Source: Ascoidea asiatica JCM 7603 (taxonomy: Eukaryota; Fungi; Ascomycota). From it: a stretch of 64,000 nt of DNA. Shown one piece after another: positions 37,046 to 49,060 of the stretch. The notes beneath the pieces are model-generated. The model did no database searches. It had not been told where the DNA came from and worked only from the letters and a program-made list of their open reading frames with translations. The stretch covers positions 1,013,184-1,077,183 of the forward strand of contig BCKQ01000002.1 of NCBI GenBank assembly GCA_001600695.1. Direction: 5' to 3'. Each line of letters opens with the position of its first letter. The stretch's first letter is position 1. The position numbers and the translations under genes were made by a program.

Positions 37046-38107
37046 TTAATCAACTTCATTTGCATCATTTAAATCTGTATTGATTTCCGATAAATGCTTT
37101 GGTTGATCATCATCAAAATCTATTTCATTTTCGGATTCATATAATATTTCTTCTTTTACAGGTCTTTTTGAAATACTTATGGTAACAATTACAGATAATG
37201 CAACAAGCAAAATACTAACTATACCTCTCATTGTGAAAGCCCATCTTAAATTTTCTGCATTAAATTTAAATTCTGAAATTAATTTTGTATTTATTCTTGT
37301 TGTTAAATCTTGAATCTTATTTTTAATTTCTTTTTGTTGTAAAGAATTTTCAGTTTTATAATCATTTGTCGAAACTAATATTGAATTTTTACTTTTCATA
37401 TAAAATTGATTTAATTCATCTCTGACTGAACTGAATTCTCTTTGTAAGAAATTATAACCATTTTCTAATTCATTTAAATACTTTTCTCGATGTGATTTAA
37501 TTTCAACTTGTAATTCAGATCTTGCAGCTTCAAATAAATATCTCTCATTTTCTAAATCTGTACTTGGAACTTTTCCTTCTAATTGAGTTATCATATTATA
37601 TTTAATATTGTAAAGTATAACAGCCAAAAGAATATCTGATTGTTCAGAAGTAAAACCAGAAGAATGAAGTTTATCATAAATCATAAAAGTATCAACCATT
37701 ATATGATCATTTGTAATTCCAATTGAGTCTACAGTTGGTTTTATTTCAATTATAGGATTGATTCCCATTGAAGGCTGTTCATTATTATTCTTTTGCAGTT
37801 CATTTTCTTTAAGCTGATCTTGACTTTTAACTATATCTTGTTCATCATAAATATCACTACTGATTTTGATTGGAAAATGCTCTTCAATCAGTTTTTTCTC
37901 AAATTCCTTATCTTTTAATGCAGTTGTAATACTTTCCTCTCTTCTTGCTTTGAATTCTTTATCAAATGCTTTAGATATACTGGAATTATATCTTATATTA
38001 ACAATTCTGGTTCGGGGAGGTAGTACAAAAGGTTTTATTTTGAACCCAATCAATTTCCCAGTCAAACCTTCTTTCAATAAACAACCAACTTTTATTCTAG
38101 ACAACAT
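37046..38107 (-). CDS. PUT7: Mitochondrial DUF1640/CCDC90(MCUR1)-family coiled-coil protein (YLR283W-like)
   Basis: H..DT....L...GFT.EQ, LENERYLFEAARSEL, ENLRW followed by a C-terminal TM helix; ATG at 38107. Confidence 0.75.
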   Translation of the reverse strand: MLSRIKVGCLLKEGLTGKLIGFKIKPFVLPPRTRIVNIRYNSSISKAFDKEFKARREESITTALKDKEFEKKLIEEHFPIKISSDIYDEQDIVKSQDQLKENELQKNNNEQPSMGINPIIEIKPTVDSIGITNDHIMVDTFMIYDKLHSSGFTSEQSDILLAVILYNIKYNMITQLEGKVPSTDLENERYLFEAARSELQVEIKSHREKYLNELENGYNFLQREFSSVRDELNQFYMKSKNSILVSTNDYKTENSLQQKEIKNKIQDLTTRINTKLISEFKFNAENLRWAFTMRGIVSILLVALSVIVTISISKRPVKEEILYESENEIDFDDDQPKHLSEINTDLNDANEVD

Positions 38108-38508
38108 TTTTTCCTTCACTTCTATCACTTTATGAACTCGATTTACAATTGTAGTTTCAAATATAACTATAAATTCAATTATAACTCATCTCTTTCTTTG
38201 AAATAAATCCAGTTTTGCCATTGTAATAAAATAAAAGCAGATCAGTTACTATGTTGGGAAATTATAAATGCTATCTCCGAGGGCACTAACCGAGAATGGT
38301 CGCGTGACCGAGGAAAATTATTTTTGTTCTTTTTCAATTTATTCACTTTCAGCTGTCTCTGGTGAAAGAAGAAAAGAAATTGAATAAATTTATATTAAAC
38401 TAAATGAAGAATAAAGGATTATAAAATAATTGATAATCAATCTCAACTGTATTATATTTATACGATATCATTTGCTTTATATTAACAAACCAACTAAAGA
38501 AATCAATA

Positions 38509-39849
38509 ATGGCTCCAGCTGCAGTGATTGTTATTGGAATGGCAGGTATGTAATTATAATATTTTTTTTGTTTTATCTTGTTTTTACTTGTAACTTTTAT
38601 TATGAATCAACTACTAATAATTATAAATAAAATCAATTAATTTTTTATATTAATATTAATAGGTTCCGGTAAAACCACTTTTTTACAAAGATTAAATGCT
38701 CATTTATATACCAAGAAACAACCTCCATATGCAATTAATCTTGATCCTGCATGTATTAAAGTACCATTTGGTTGTAATATAGATATTAGAGATTCTGTTA
38801 AATATAAAAAAGTTATGGAAGAATATAATTTAGGACCAAATGGAGCAATTGTAACATCATTAAATTTATTTTCAACAAAAATTGATCAAGTTATAAATTT
38901 AATTGAGAAAAGGTCAAAAGATTTAAATCATGTAATTATAGATACACCTGGACAAATTGAATGTTTTATATGGTCAGCATCAGGTTCAATTATAACTGAA
39001 GCTTTAGCTTCAACATTTCCAACAGTAATTTTATATATTGTTGATACACCAAGAAATTCAAGTCCAACAACATTTATATCAAATATGTTATATGCATGTT
39101 CAATATTATATAAAACAAAATTACCAATGATTATTGTTTTTAATAAAATTGATATTCAAGATTCAAAAGAAATTATAAATTGGATGAGAGATTTTGAATC
39201 TTTTCAATCAGCTTTAATGAATGATAAAGATTTAAGTGGAGAAACAACTGGAACTTCAGGTTATATGAGTTCATTAGTTAATTCAATGTCACTTATGTTA
39301 GAAGAATTTTATAGTCAATTAGATGTTGTTAGTGTTTCATCATTTACAGGATCTGGATTTGATGATGTTTTAAATTCAATTGATAATAAAGTTAAAGAAT
39401 TTAATGAAGATTATAAACCAGAAAGAGAAAAAATAATTCAAGATAAAAAAGATAAAGAAAAAAAAGAAAAAGAAGAAAATTTAGAAAATTTAATGAATGA
39501 TTTAGGAATTGAAGAAAAAAAGCAAAAAAAAAAAGAAAATATCAATGATAATAATAATGAAACAGATGAATTATTAGTTGTATCAGATGTTGAATCTGAA
39601 GAAGAAGAAGAGGATAAAGGAGATTTAAATGGATATGTTGATCCAGATGATGAAGAAGAAGAAAAAAATGGAATTGAATCAGAAAGACAATATACATTTT
39701 CAAATAATAGATTAGGTACAGAAATAAATGATAAATCTGAAAAAGGTTTACAAGATAGATATAAAGAAGCAATAAAGAATAATAGTAAAAATTCGGAAAA
39801 AGAAACATTAGAAAATATGGCACGATATTTAAAAAATGCAAATATTTAA
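38509..39849 (+). CDS. NPA3: GPN-loop GTPase 1; join(38509..38545,38663..39849), 407 aa
   Basis: Intron (GTATGT, TACTAAT, TAG) splits the P-loop GMAG|SGKTT; [24 protein letters not shown]; acidic tail. Confidence 0.95.
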
Positions 39850-39969
39850 AAAAAAGAAAAAAAGAAAAAAAAATTATATTATATTATATTATACATTTAT
39901 ATTATATATATTATATATATTGTATATATTATATATATTGTATATTATTAATTAATAAATAATTAATAT

Positions 39970-40012
39970 CTAATTTTCTACTTTATCATTATTAGTTTTA
40001 TCATTAGATTGA

Positions 40013-40064
<52 letters not shown>

Positions 40065-41991
40065 AATCTTTATCATTTTTAAAAGTATCATCAATAACAT
40101 AAGGAGTATTTGCAAATTCATCTTTAAAAATTAAATGTGGTTTTCTTTTAGCTAAATCAAAAATAGTTTTTGCAAATTCAGAATTTGCCCATGAGAACCA
40201 AGATCTTGTAAAATCTTTACCATTTTTACTATTAACATTAATACTTTCATGAATTAAACCAAGACCAGAAGTTGTTGATAATAAAAGATCTAAATTATGT
40301 AAAATTTCTTCATCATTATCACTTGTTCTAATTCTTATACATAAAGACATTGGCCAAGCATTATTTAAACCAATATGAGGACCACCAATACCTTCAAAAT
40401 ATTTACCTTTTAAATAATATGGATTATTTTTATTTGATAAAATTAAATTTCTTGTATTTTGATAAATTTCATTATTTTTATTTAAAAAACCAATATCAGG
40501 TAATGATAATAATGAAGGTATATTTGCATCATCCATAATTAATGAAGATCCATAACCATCAATTTCATAAGCAAAAACAGGTTTAAAATTTGTATAAGAA
40601 TTATTAAAAATTGCAAAATTATAAATTGAATTTTTTATATTTTTTGAAATTTTTTCTGAAATTATTGAATGTTTTTTTAAAACTTCAAATTTATTTAAAA
40701 TTTTACTAATTTTTAATAATTCAATAGATAAATGAGCATTTGAAGGTATTAAAAATTGAAAAATTGTTGAATCATCACTTGGTCTAAAAGCAGATCTAAT
40801 TAAATTTGTATTAAAATTTACTGGATTTCCAGTACCATCTAAAGGTAAAGTTTCACTTGCAATATTTGTATTTTTTTTAAAAGTATAATAAAATGGAAAT
40901 AAATTACCATTTTTATCAAAAGTTGGAGAACTTTCTCTTTTTAAAATTACTAAAATATTTTCAAAAGCATCAATCCATAAATCATTAACAAAAGAATAAT
41001 CATTTGTATTTTTAAAAAATTCATTTGATAAAGTTAAAAATGAAGCTAAAGAATCTAATTCATATTTACATTCATAAACATAATTCCAATTTGGTTTTGG
41101 TAAAACATTATCAAAATTAGAATTAATTTTTTTAATATTTGAATTTAATGGTGGTTGAAATGCATTACAATATGGAGATGTTAAAATATATGAAGCTTGA
41201 GTATTTATAGCACCTTTAATTAAAATTTTTAAATCATTATCATATTTTAAAATTGGTTGATAAACACTTAATTGTCTTGTTGAATCTCTTAACCATTGAG
41301 CTTTAATATCACCAGTAATTATAAAAGTTTCACTTGATTTTATATTTGAATTTGAATTTAAATCACCATTATTATTAAAATGATAAAATATTGTAGTATC
41401 TAAAGTATTTGGAAATGAATTTTCAAATAATCTTGAAAGGTCATAATTTTTAAATTTTGGTAATAAATCTAATAAAATTTTTTCAACTGCAATTGAATTA
41501 AAAGTACGACAATTTTTTAAAGGTCTTTGAAAAGGTAATTTTAATTTACCTTTTGATAAAGGTAAATGAATTTTTTTTGAATAATCTAAATAATTTGGAC
41601 ATGAATTTGTAATATGATCAAATTTATTTTTAAATGAATTTTCATTATCTTTTATATTTAAATTATCTTCAAAACTCTTTGATTTACTCTTTTTATTATT
41701 ATTATTATTATTAATAATTGAATTTTTAAATTCTTTATTTTTATATTGAAATTGATTAATATCAAGATCATTTAATTTAATTGGATCAACTTGAGTATAA
41801 TCATTTGAAGAATACCAAGACAGATCATCATAATCATCTTCACTTGAAATTTTTTTTAAGAAAAATAAAATTAATAATATTAAAATTATTACTATTAAAG
41901 TTCTATGTTGTTTTAATTTTCTTTTAATATTATAAAAAGCATATGATATATCTATTGATGATAAAGATTGTATTGATTGTAATAATGACAT
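39970..41991 (-). CDS. GH125 (DUF1237/Mug157-like) exo-alpha-1,6-mannosidase family protein with N-terminal membrane anchor
   Basis: FPNTLDTT, ITGDI.A.WLRDS, KYELDSL, SAFRPSDD, MDDANIPSLL, GIGGPH..WPMS, HES, FTRSWFSWAN; hydrophobic LIVIILILLILFFL. Confidence 0.88.
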
Positions 41992-42181
41992 TTGTTTATT
42001 ATTTGTTATTGATGATTGAATTGAATTGAATTGAAATGAATGAATTGTTGTTGTTTATATGTTGAATATTGAATTAGAAATGTGACAGATTTGGGATTTA
42101 GAATGAGATTGAGATTCAGATGCTTTGTTTTCAGAACAAGAACACAGCACCTGGAGACATAAGGCAGGGCTTACCAACAGC

Positions 42182-42244
42182 TACAGCAGTAATACAGCAG
42201 TAATACAGCAGTAATACAGCAGTAATACTGTAGTAATACAGTAA
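42182..42244 (+). repeat. 11-bp tandem repeat (TACAGCAGTAA), four exact copies plus two degenerate
   Basis: Read directly. Confidence 0.9.
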
Positions 42245-42307
42245 TGTAAAAGCCCAGACCAATAAGCCACATGAGCAAGCCACATACTCCATGGCGCGTT
42301 TGTAAAC

Positions 42308-42413
42308 AAGAAGAAAAGAAAAGAAGAGAAGAGAAGAGAAGAGAAGAGAAGAGAAGAGAAGAGAAGAGAAGAGAAGAGAAGAGAAGAGAAGAGAAGAGAA
42401 GAGAGGGAGAGGG
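42308..42413 (+). repeat. Polypurine tract containing (GAGAA)15
   Basis: Uninterrupted A/G run; GAGAA units 42326-42400. Confidence 0.95.
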
Positions 42414-42492
42414 CAGTGGGAGAGTGGGAGATGAACAGCTAGGGCTCTGGAGATACTAAAGATTCTTTTGTTCAGTCAACACGGCACAAGAA

Positions 42493-42528
42493 GAAAGACA
42501 GAGAGAAAGACAGAGAGAAAGACAGAGA
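42493..42528 (+). repeat. 12-bp tandem repeat (GAAAGACAGAGA) x3
   Basis: Read directly. Confidence 0.85.
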
Positions 42529-43020
42529 ATTATCAATACTCTAGATTGAATAACTGAAGAGGCATCTTATTACAACTACAATTGCAATTACAATTATTAG
42601 TATTTAAGATGTATACCGGGCATGAAGTATTAAAACTATTGAACAGTTAAAATACGATTAATCGGTCTAATTTATTCTTTGGAATCTCAATAAAGTTAAC
42701 AAGTAACTGGCAATAAAAGAATATATCATATATTTATGCAAGTTTTATTATAAAACATAATTAAAACTACAATGCTACAATCATGTAAAAAGCCTGAGAC
42801 TCCATTGACTGAAGAATCAGAAAAAATAATAATAATAATATTAAAAGAAGTTGAATTCTTCTTTTCTTTTATATTATTTCTTCTTCATTGCCGGGTGACT
42901 TTTTTTCTTTTACTGTTATTAATTGGTATTGTATTTATTATTAGGGAAACATGCTTGAAGAAGTACCTTGTTTCTGGTTTCTATTCTATTACATACTTTA
43001 TATACTATATATTATATACT

Positions 43021-44148
43021 TTATATATTCATTGGAAAAATTTGTAATTGTTTTAAATTTGAATCATATTTCAATTTCCAATTCTTTATATTTTTTTTTT
43101 TATTATTTAAAATACATTCATTATAAATAAATTCAATAACTTTAAAATACCATTTCTTACAAATTTTATCACAATTTTTAAAATTTTTAAAAATTTTAAT
43201 ATAATTTAAAATTTCAATTTGATTAAATTTTTTTAATTTTTTTAATTCAAAATTTTTTTTATTATTTCTAAATCCAATTATAATTTCATTAATATTATAA
43301 CCTAAATAACATTGTGCCCAAGTTTTAAATAATTTTTTAATAAAATTTTTCTTTCTTTCTTGTTTAAAATCATGAGTTTTTAATTCAATATAATTATTAT
43401 TTTCTTTATTTTTACAATCTATCTCACATCTTAAATTTATAAATATTGATTTTTTATTATTTTTAAAAATTGAACTTTTAACAACTGAACAAAATTGTGA
43501 TGTTGTTTCAAATTTATATTCTTCTTCTTCTTCTTCTTCTTCTTCTTTATTACCATTCATACTTACGTTTGTAGTTATTATATCTTCAAATTTATATCCA
43601 GAATATATAAATTTCATTAATCTTAAATCATACCTTTTAATATTTTTAATAATTTCATTAATATAATCTTTTGAATTTTTAATAATTATCCATTTCTTCT
43701 CATAATTTATCTCAATATCTAAATCAATATTATCATATTCATATTCATATTCATATTCATTAAATGGTAATATAAATAATTTAACAATTATACTCCTAAA
43801 ACTTATAATCTCAAATTCTTCATTTTCTTTAATACATTTAAAAATTCCATTTAATTCCCAATTTTTTTCATTAAATAAAATTTGTTTTTTTTTAACTAAA
43901 TTTTCTTTAAATCCATTAAGTAATTGAATTTTTAAACTTCTTAAATATCCATTATTATATATTAATTCATCATATTTAAATATTCTTAAATTTCTATAAT
44001 CATTTAAAAAATATTCATCTTTATCATTTTTTGAATATCTATTTATTTCTTCACTTCTATATTCATATCTCTCTTCTTCTTCTTCTTCTCCATATATTGA
44101 TTCATAATAAAGAAAATCTTCTAATGAAAGAATTCTTTTATTATTCAT
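43021..44148 (-). CDS. RAI1/DXO-family decapping exoribonuclease (Dxo1-like)
   Basis: GYKFE, QFCSVV, CEIDC, YIELKT and KLFKTWAQ..G...IIIGFR motifs. Confidence 0.8.
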   Translation of the reverse strand: MNNKRILSLEDFLYYESIYGEEEEEERYEYRSEEINRYSKNDKDEYFLNDYRNLRIFKYDELIYNNGYLRSLKIQLLNGFKENLVKKKQILFNEKNWELNGIFKCIKENEEFEIISFRSIIVKLFILPFNEYEYEYEYDNIDLDIEINYEKKWIIIKNSKDYINEIIKNIKRYDLRLMKFIYSGYKFEDIITTNVSMNGNKEEEEEEEEEYKFETTSQFCSVVKSSIFKNNKKSIFINLRCEIDCKNKENNNYIELKTHDFKQERKKNFIKKLFKTWAQCYLGYNINEIIIGFRNNKKNFELKKLKKFNQIEILNYIKIFKNFKNCDKICKKWYFKVIEFIYNECILNNKKKNIKNWKLKYDSNLKQLQIFPMNI

Positions 44149-44313
44149 TGTAATGTAATTGATTGGTTAAGATATTTAATATAAAGTATTCAATTTAATT
44201 ATATTCTTCTTTTCTTCTTATTTTTTGCTTTAAAGCGAGTTAATTTATCTCTTTATCCCTAATTTCAACTAAATCTCGGTCGGATATTCGCTTATTATTA
44301 TCTACAATATTAA

Positions 44314-44403
44314 ATTAAATAGTAAGTATATTAAATAGTAAGTATATTAAATAGTAAGTATATTAAATAGTGAGTATATTAAGTAGTGAATATTAAGTAG
44401 TGA
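44314..44403 (+). repeat. 16-bp minisatellite (ATTAAATAGTAAGTAT), about 5-6 progressively degenerate copies
   Basis: Read directly, in the divergent DXO/COQ11 promoter. Confidence 0.9.
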
Positions 44404-44509
44404 AGACGCTTAATCTAATCTAATAAATATATTATTATTCAATTCAAGGAATACAATACTTCAATCACTTTAATCACTTCAATCAATTGAATAATAAATA
44501 CATCATTCA

Positions 44510-45451
44510 ATGAGTTCTTTACCTTCTATAGTAGTATTTGGTGGTAATGGTTTCTTAGGTAAAAGAATTTGTCAAGCTGCTTTAAATTCTGGTTTTAATG
44601 TTACTTCTCTTTCTTTTTCTGGTAAACCTCCAATTCCATTAAAAAATGATATAAATTCAAATTGGATAAATCAAATAACTTGGAAAAAAGCAAATATTTT
44701 TAATCCAAATTCTTATAAAAATGAATTAAAAGGTAAAGTTTCTGTAATTCATTCAATTGGTTTATTATTAGAAAATAAAAATTATAAAAAAATTTTAAAT
44801 TCAAATTTAAATTCAAATTCAAATTCAAATTCAAATTCAACTTCAATAATTTGTAATGAATTTAAAAATTTAACAAATGGTGAAAATCCAATGAATAAAA
44901 ATAATCAATTCACTTATAAATCAATGAATACAGATTCTGCTTTAATTTTAGCAAAAACTTATTCAGAAATTTTAATTGAAGAAAATAAAATTAAAAAAAA
45001 AAATTTAGATAATTATATGAAAAATTCAATTATTAATACTATTGGTTTATCAAATTCTCCAATTATTGGTTTATATTCAAAAATTAATATATTTTCATCA
45101 ACAAAAATTTCACCTTCTTTTATTTATATTTCTGCAGATAAAACTTTTCCAGGAATTCCAAAAGGTTATATTAAATCAAAAAGAGAAACAGAATTTGAAT
45201 TAAATAAATTTCAAAAATTTTTTAGACCAATATTTATAAGACCTGGTTTTATGTCTGATGATAATGAAAATTTAAATTTAAGATCTTCATTAGCAATAAT
45301 GGCTAATATTGGTACTTTAATTCCATTTGTAGATTTATTTATAAGACCAAGTATTTCAACTCAAAAAGTTTCAAAATCTATAATTAATAGAATTTATGAT
45401 AATAATTTTAAAGGTATTGTATTCTTAGATGCAATGAAACATAACTATTAA
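44510..45451 (+). CDS. COQ11: Atypical SDR/NAD-binding protein of coenzyme Q biosynthesis
   Basis: VVFGGNGFLGKRICQ.A, VIHSIG.L, F.YISAD, GYIKSKRE.E, RPGFM. Confidence 0.85.
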   Translation: MSSLPSIVVFGGNGFLGKRICQAALNSGFNVTSLSFSGKPPIPLKNDINSNWINQITWKKANIFNPNSYKNELKGKVSVIHSIGLLLENKNYKKILNSNLNSNSNSNSNSTSIICNEFKNLTNGENPMNKNNQFTYKSMNTDSALILAKTYSEILIEENKIKKKNLDNYMKNSIINTIGLSNSPIIGLYSKINIFSSTKISPSFIYISADKTFPGIPKGYIKSKRETEFELNKFQKFFRPIFIRPGFMSDDNENLNLRSSLAIMANIGTLIPFVDLFIRPSISTQKVSKSIINRIYDNNFKGIVFLDAMKHNY

Positions 45452-45537
45452 ATATTTAAAAAAACACATTACTTGTCAATTAGCTTTACATACTTAATTA
45501 AATATATATATATATATACATACATCAAAAACCATAA

Positions 45538-45598
45538 ATAACTATGAATAACTATGAATAACTATGAAAACTATGAATAACTATGAATAACTATGAAT
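45538..45598 (+). repeat. 10-bp tandem repeat (ATAACTATGA), about 6 copies
   Basis: Read directly, between convergent COQ11 and DBP9. Confidence 0.9.
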
Positions 45599-45614
45599 AT
45601 AAAATAATATTAAT

Positions 45615-47663
45615 TTAATTTTTTGATCTAAAAGTTTTAAGTGGATCATTTTTTTTACTTCCATTTTTACCTTTATTTTTACCTTTATGAACTTTATAAC
45701 TTTTTTTATTAAATGGTACAAATGATTTTTTATTTAAATTCATTTTATCATTAAATCTTAAATTTTCTGGTAATAAATAATTTGGTACAATTTTTAAATG
45801 TGGTTGAACTCTTGATGGATGTAATTCTTTATCATGTTTTAAAATATTTAAATCATTTGGATTTTCTGTAAAATGTTTTTGTAATTTAGAATTATTTAAA
45901 ATTTCTAATTTAATTTCCTTAATTCTTGCTTCTCTTATAGATACATTAGTTACTGCTCTAAATGCATCTTCTGTTCTATATCTAAAATTTTCTAATTGTT
46001 CAAAATTAAATGTATATGGTTTTAATTCTAAACCATATTTTGATTGTTTTTTAATAATTTTTGATAATATTTTTTCATCATATTTTGCTGTTAATAAACT
46101 TGATTGTTTATGCTTACCATGAGATTTTTTTTCAACAACAAATGAAATTGCAATTCCAGATTTATTACCTCTTGCAGTTCTACCAATTCTATGTATATAA
46201 GATCTTGTTGTTGTTGGTAAATCAAAATTTAAAACACATGCAACATTTTGAAAATCAAGACCTCTTGCAACACTAAATTCTTCATCTGATTTATTTTTAT
46301 TATTTTGATTTTTATTAATTTTTTTAATATTATTTGGTTTTGAAATTTCTTCAACTTCTTCAACATCTTTGAGTTCTTCAGTTTCTTTAAGATCTTTATT
46401 TTCTTCAAAGTCTTCTGTTTCATTTTCTTCAACTTCTTTTTCTTCTTTTTCTTTTTTTTCTTCTTTTTTAATTTGATCATTAACTCCATTAATATCATTT
46501 TCATTAATTTCTTCTTCTTGTTTAATTTCATTAAAATTATTTGATTTTTTTGATAATTGATTTAAATTATCATTTGATTGATCAGTTGCAATTAAAATAT
46601 TAAATAAATTTTTATTAAATTGATCAATAATATTAATTCTTGAATTTATTGGTAATTCATTATTTAAAATTACAGATTTTATTGAAAATTGTTCTAAGAA
46701 TAATTTTAATCTATAAGATCTATCAATATTATTTAAAAAAATTAAAATTTTACCATTAATTAAATTTAATTTTAATAAAACATAAGTTATTAAAAATTTA
46801 TCAAATTCATTTAATTTTATATAATATTGAAATAATTTTTTATTATTTAAAATATTTGAATCATTTAATTTTAAAGTTATAAAATTAGAATTAAAAATCA
46901 ATTTTAAATCATTTAAATTATCATTTAAAGTTGCAGTCATTAATAAAATTTGTAAATTATTTAAATTATTTGAATTATTATTAATTAAATCATTAAATAA
47001 TAAATTATTTAAATTTATTATATCATCTTTATAACCATAAGAAAATATTAAATCAACTTCATCAATAACTAAAAATTTTAAATTTTTCTTAATTAAATTT
47101 ATTAAATTTATTGATTCTAAATTATTATTATTATTATTATTATTTGAATTTATATTATTATTATTATTATTATTTAAATTATTTGATAATATTTTTAATA
47201 ATTTATTTGGAGTTGAAATTATAATCTCAGGTTGATCTAAAATTGAATTAATTAATAAATTATCATTGGATAAAGAGGATGATAAATTTAAAGATTTTAT
47301 GTTATTATTTGAATTTAATTTATTTAAAAAATCAAAAACTTGTACAGATAATTCTTTTGTAGGTACTAAAATTATAGCATTAATTGAAGATAAGGTACTA
47401 CTATTGTTATTATTACTTTTAGTATATGAAGATAAAATCGATTCAACTATTGGAATTGAATAAGCAGCAGTCTTTCCAGAACCTGTAGTTGCTTTTGTGA
47501 TAATATTTTTTTGATTTAAAGCTAATGGTATAAATTTTGATTGAACAAGAGTTGGGTTTTTAAAACCAAGATTATTAATGGATTGAAGTAACCTTGGATC
47601 CAAATTCAAAGACTGAAAAGTAGTTGAATCATCAATATAAGCTTCATTTGCAATCACAGACAT
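45615..47663 (-). CDS. DBP9: DEAD-box RNA helicase for 60S biogenesis
   Basis: [57 protein letters not shown]; N-rich and E/K-rich insertions. Confidence 0.93.
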   Translation of the reverse strand: MSVIANEAYIDDSTTFQSLNLDPRLLQSINNLGFKNPTLVQSKFIPLALNQKNIITKATTGSGKTAAYSIPIVESILSSYTKSNNNNSSTLSSINAIILVPTKELSVQVFDFLNKLNSNNNIKSLNLSSSLSNDNLLINSILDQPEIIISTPNKLLKILSNNLNNNNNNNINSNNNNNNNNLESINLINLIKKNLKFLVIDEVDLIFSYGYKDDIINLNNLLFNDLINNNSNNLNNLQILLMTATLNDNLNDLKLIFNSNFITLKLNDSNILNNKKLFQYYIKLNEFDKFLITYVLLKLNLINGKILIFLNNIDRSYRLKLFLEQFSIKSVILNNELPINSRINIIDQFNKNLFNILIATDQSNDNLNQLSKKSNNFNEIKQEEEINENDINGVNDQIKKEEKKEKEEKEVEENETEDFEENKDLKETEELKDVEEVEEISKPNNIKKINKNQNNKNKSDEEFSVARGLDFQNVACVLNFDLPTTTRSYIHRIGRTARGNKSGIAISFVVEKKSHGKHKQSSLLTAKYDEKILSKIIKKQSKYGLELKPYTFNFEQLENFRYRTEDAFRAVTNVSIREARIKEIKLEILNNSKLQKHFTENPNDLNILKHDKELHPSRVQPHLKIVPNYLLPENLRFNDKMNLNKKSFVPFNKKSYKVHKGKNKGKNGSKKNDPLKTFRSKN

Positions 47664-48333
47664 TAGACTAGGTGTTTAAATATATATTCTTTACTTGTAG
47701 ACAGATAAACATATACTAATTACAAACTGATTTATAAAGAAAGTATTCAAAATCTAACATTTTTCACTTTCACCTTCTTTTTTTCATTATTTTCATTATT
47801 TTCATTATTTTTTTTTTCTCAAAATAAAAAAAAAATATTAAAGTTTAAGTTTCATGCATATTACTGCACATTTGCATTAAATCCATATACTTGGTATTAC
47901 CAGTCCAATGGATTTTATTGTTGCTGACTCAGCGCTTACTCAGCTGAGAGGTACCTTATTCCTGGTCTTACTTTTTCTGTTCCTCCAAAGCCAGCCCTGC
48001 GGGTCTGCTGGTTCTACTCCCACCACTCTGCAAACTCGCACTTTCCCACTTCTCACTTTTGTCTGTTCTTCGTTCTTCTCAATTCTTTTTGTTTATTCTC
48101 TATTTTCTATTTTCTATTTTCTATTCTTTATTCTTTTATTTAAATCATTATTTATTTTTACTCGATTTTTATTTATTTATTTACTTTTATAACATCTTTT
48201 CAATCATTAGTTTTATTATTTTAATTCAATCTTGATTTCATTTACATTTTAATTATTTATTTCAACCATAGATTTCAATTAGTATTCTGATTCTTTCATT
48301 TCTTGTAATTGTTTGTGATTCGACTATTTCAAA

Positions 48334-48432
48334 ATGGATTTAACTAAAATCTTGGATGGAACTCCAGAACCACCAATAATTAATCCTATTTTAAACATCC
48401 CATCAGCTTTAGATTACAATAATAGTATTAAA

Positions 48433-48472
<40 letters not shown>

Positions 48473-49022
48473 GTAATAATTTCAGCAAGCCAATTTCAGC
48501 CAAAACAAATTATTATATACATAAAATTAATAATAATAATATACATAAAAATAATAATAATGATAATATACCAAATAGTTTCGATAATTTTCAAAATAAT
48601 CTATTAAATTATCAAAATTCAAATGATTATTGGTTACCAACACCAATGGCTGATTTTCAAAAAGAATTAACTGATCAAATAGTTTCTTTACATTATTCAG
48701 ATATTTTAAAATATTTTGAAACTAATAATAAAAAAAATCAATTACTTATAGATTCTTTAGAAATTTTATATTCAAATATTCAATTAATCTCTTCACATCC
48801 ATATCTTGTAATTAAACATTATATGCCAAAAAATTTAACTTGGAAAGATATACCAAAAAAATTAGCTGAAACTAGTGGAAAATTTAGAATTTTAAAAAAT
48901 TTAATTGAAATTTTTAATGGTATTGCTCAACAAAAAAAAATTGATTATATTAATCAAAAATTACTTACATCAAATCAATTTAAAAATAATAATATGAATA
49001 ATAACTTTCATAATTCTAATTC

Positions 49023-49060
<38 letters not shown>

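Noticed and set aside
42271-42459. EEKRR-repeat ORF
   Set aside because: Translation of the GAGAA microsatellite
44314-44403. Repeat array as CRISPR or telomeric repeat
   Set aside because: Head-to-tail units without spacers, eukaryotic context, internal position and no G-rich telomere character
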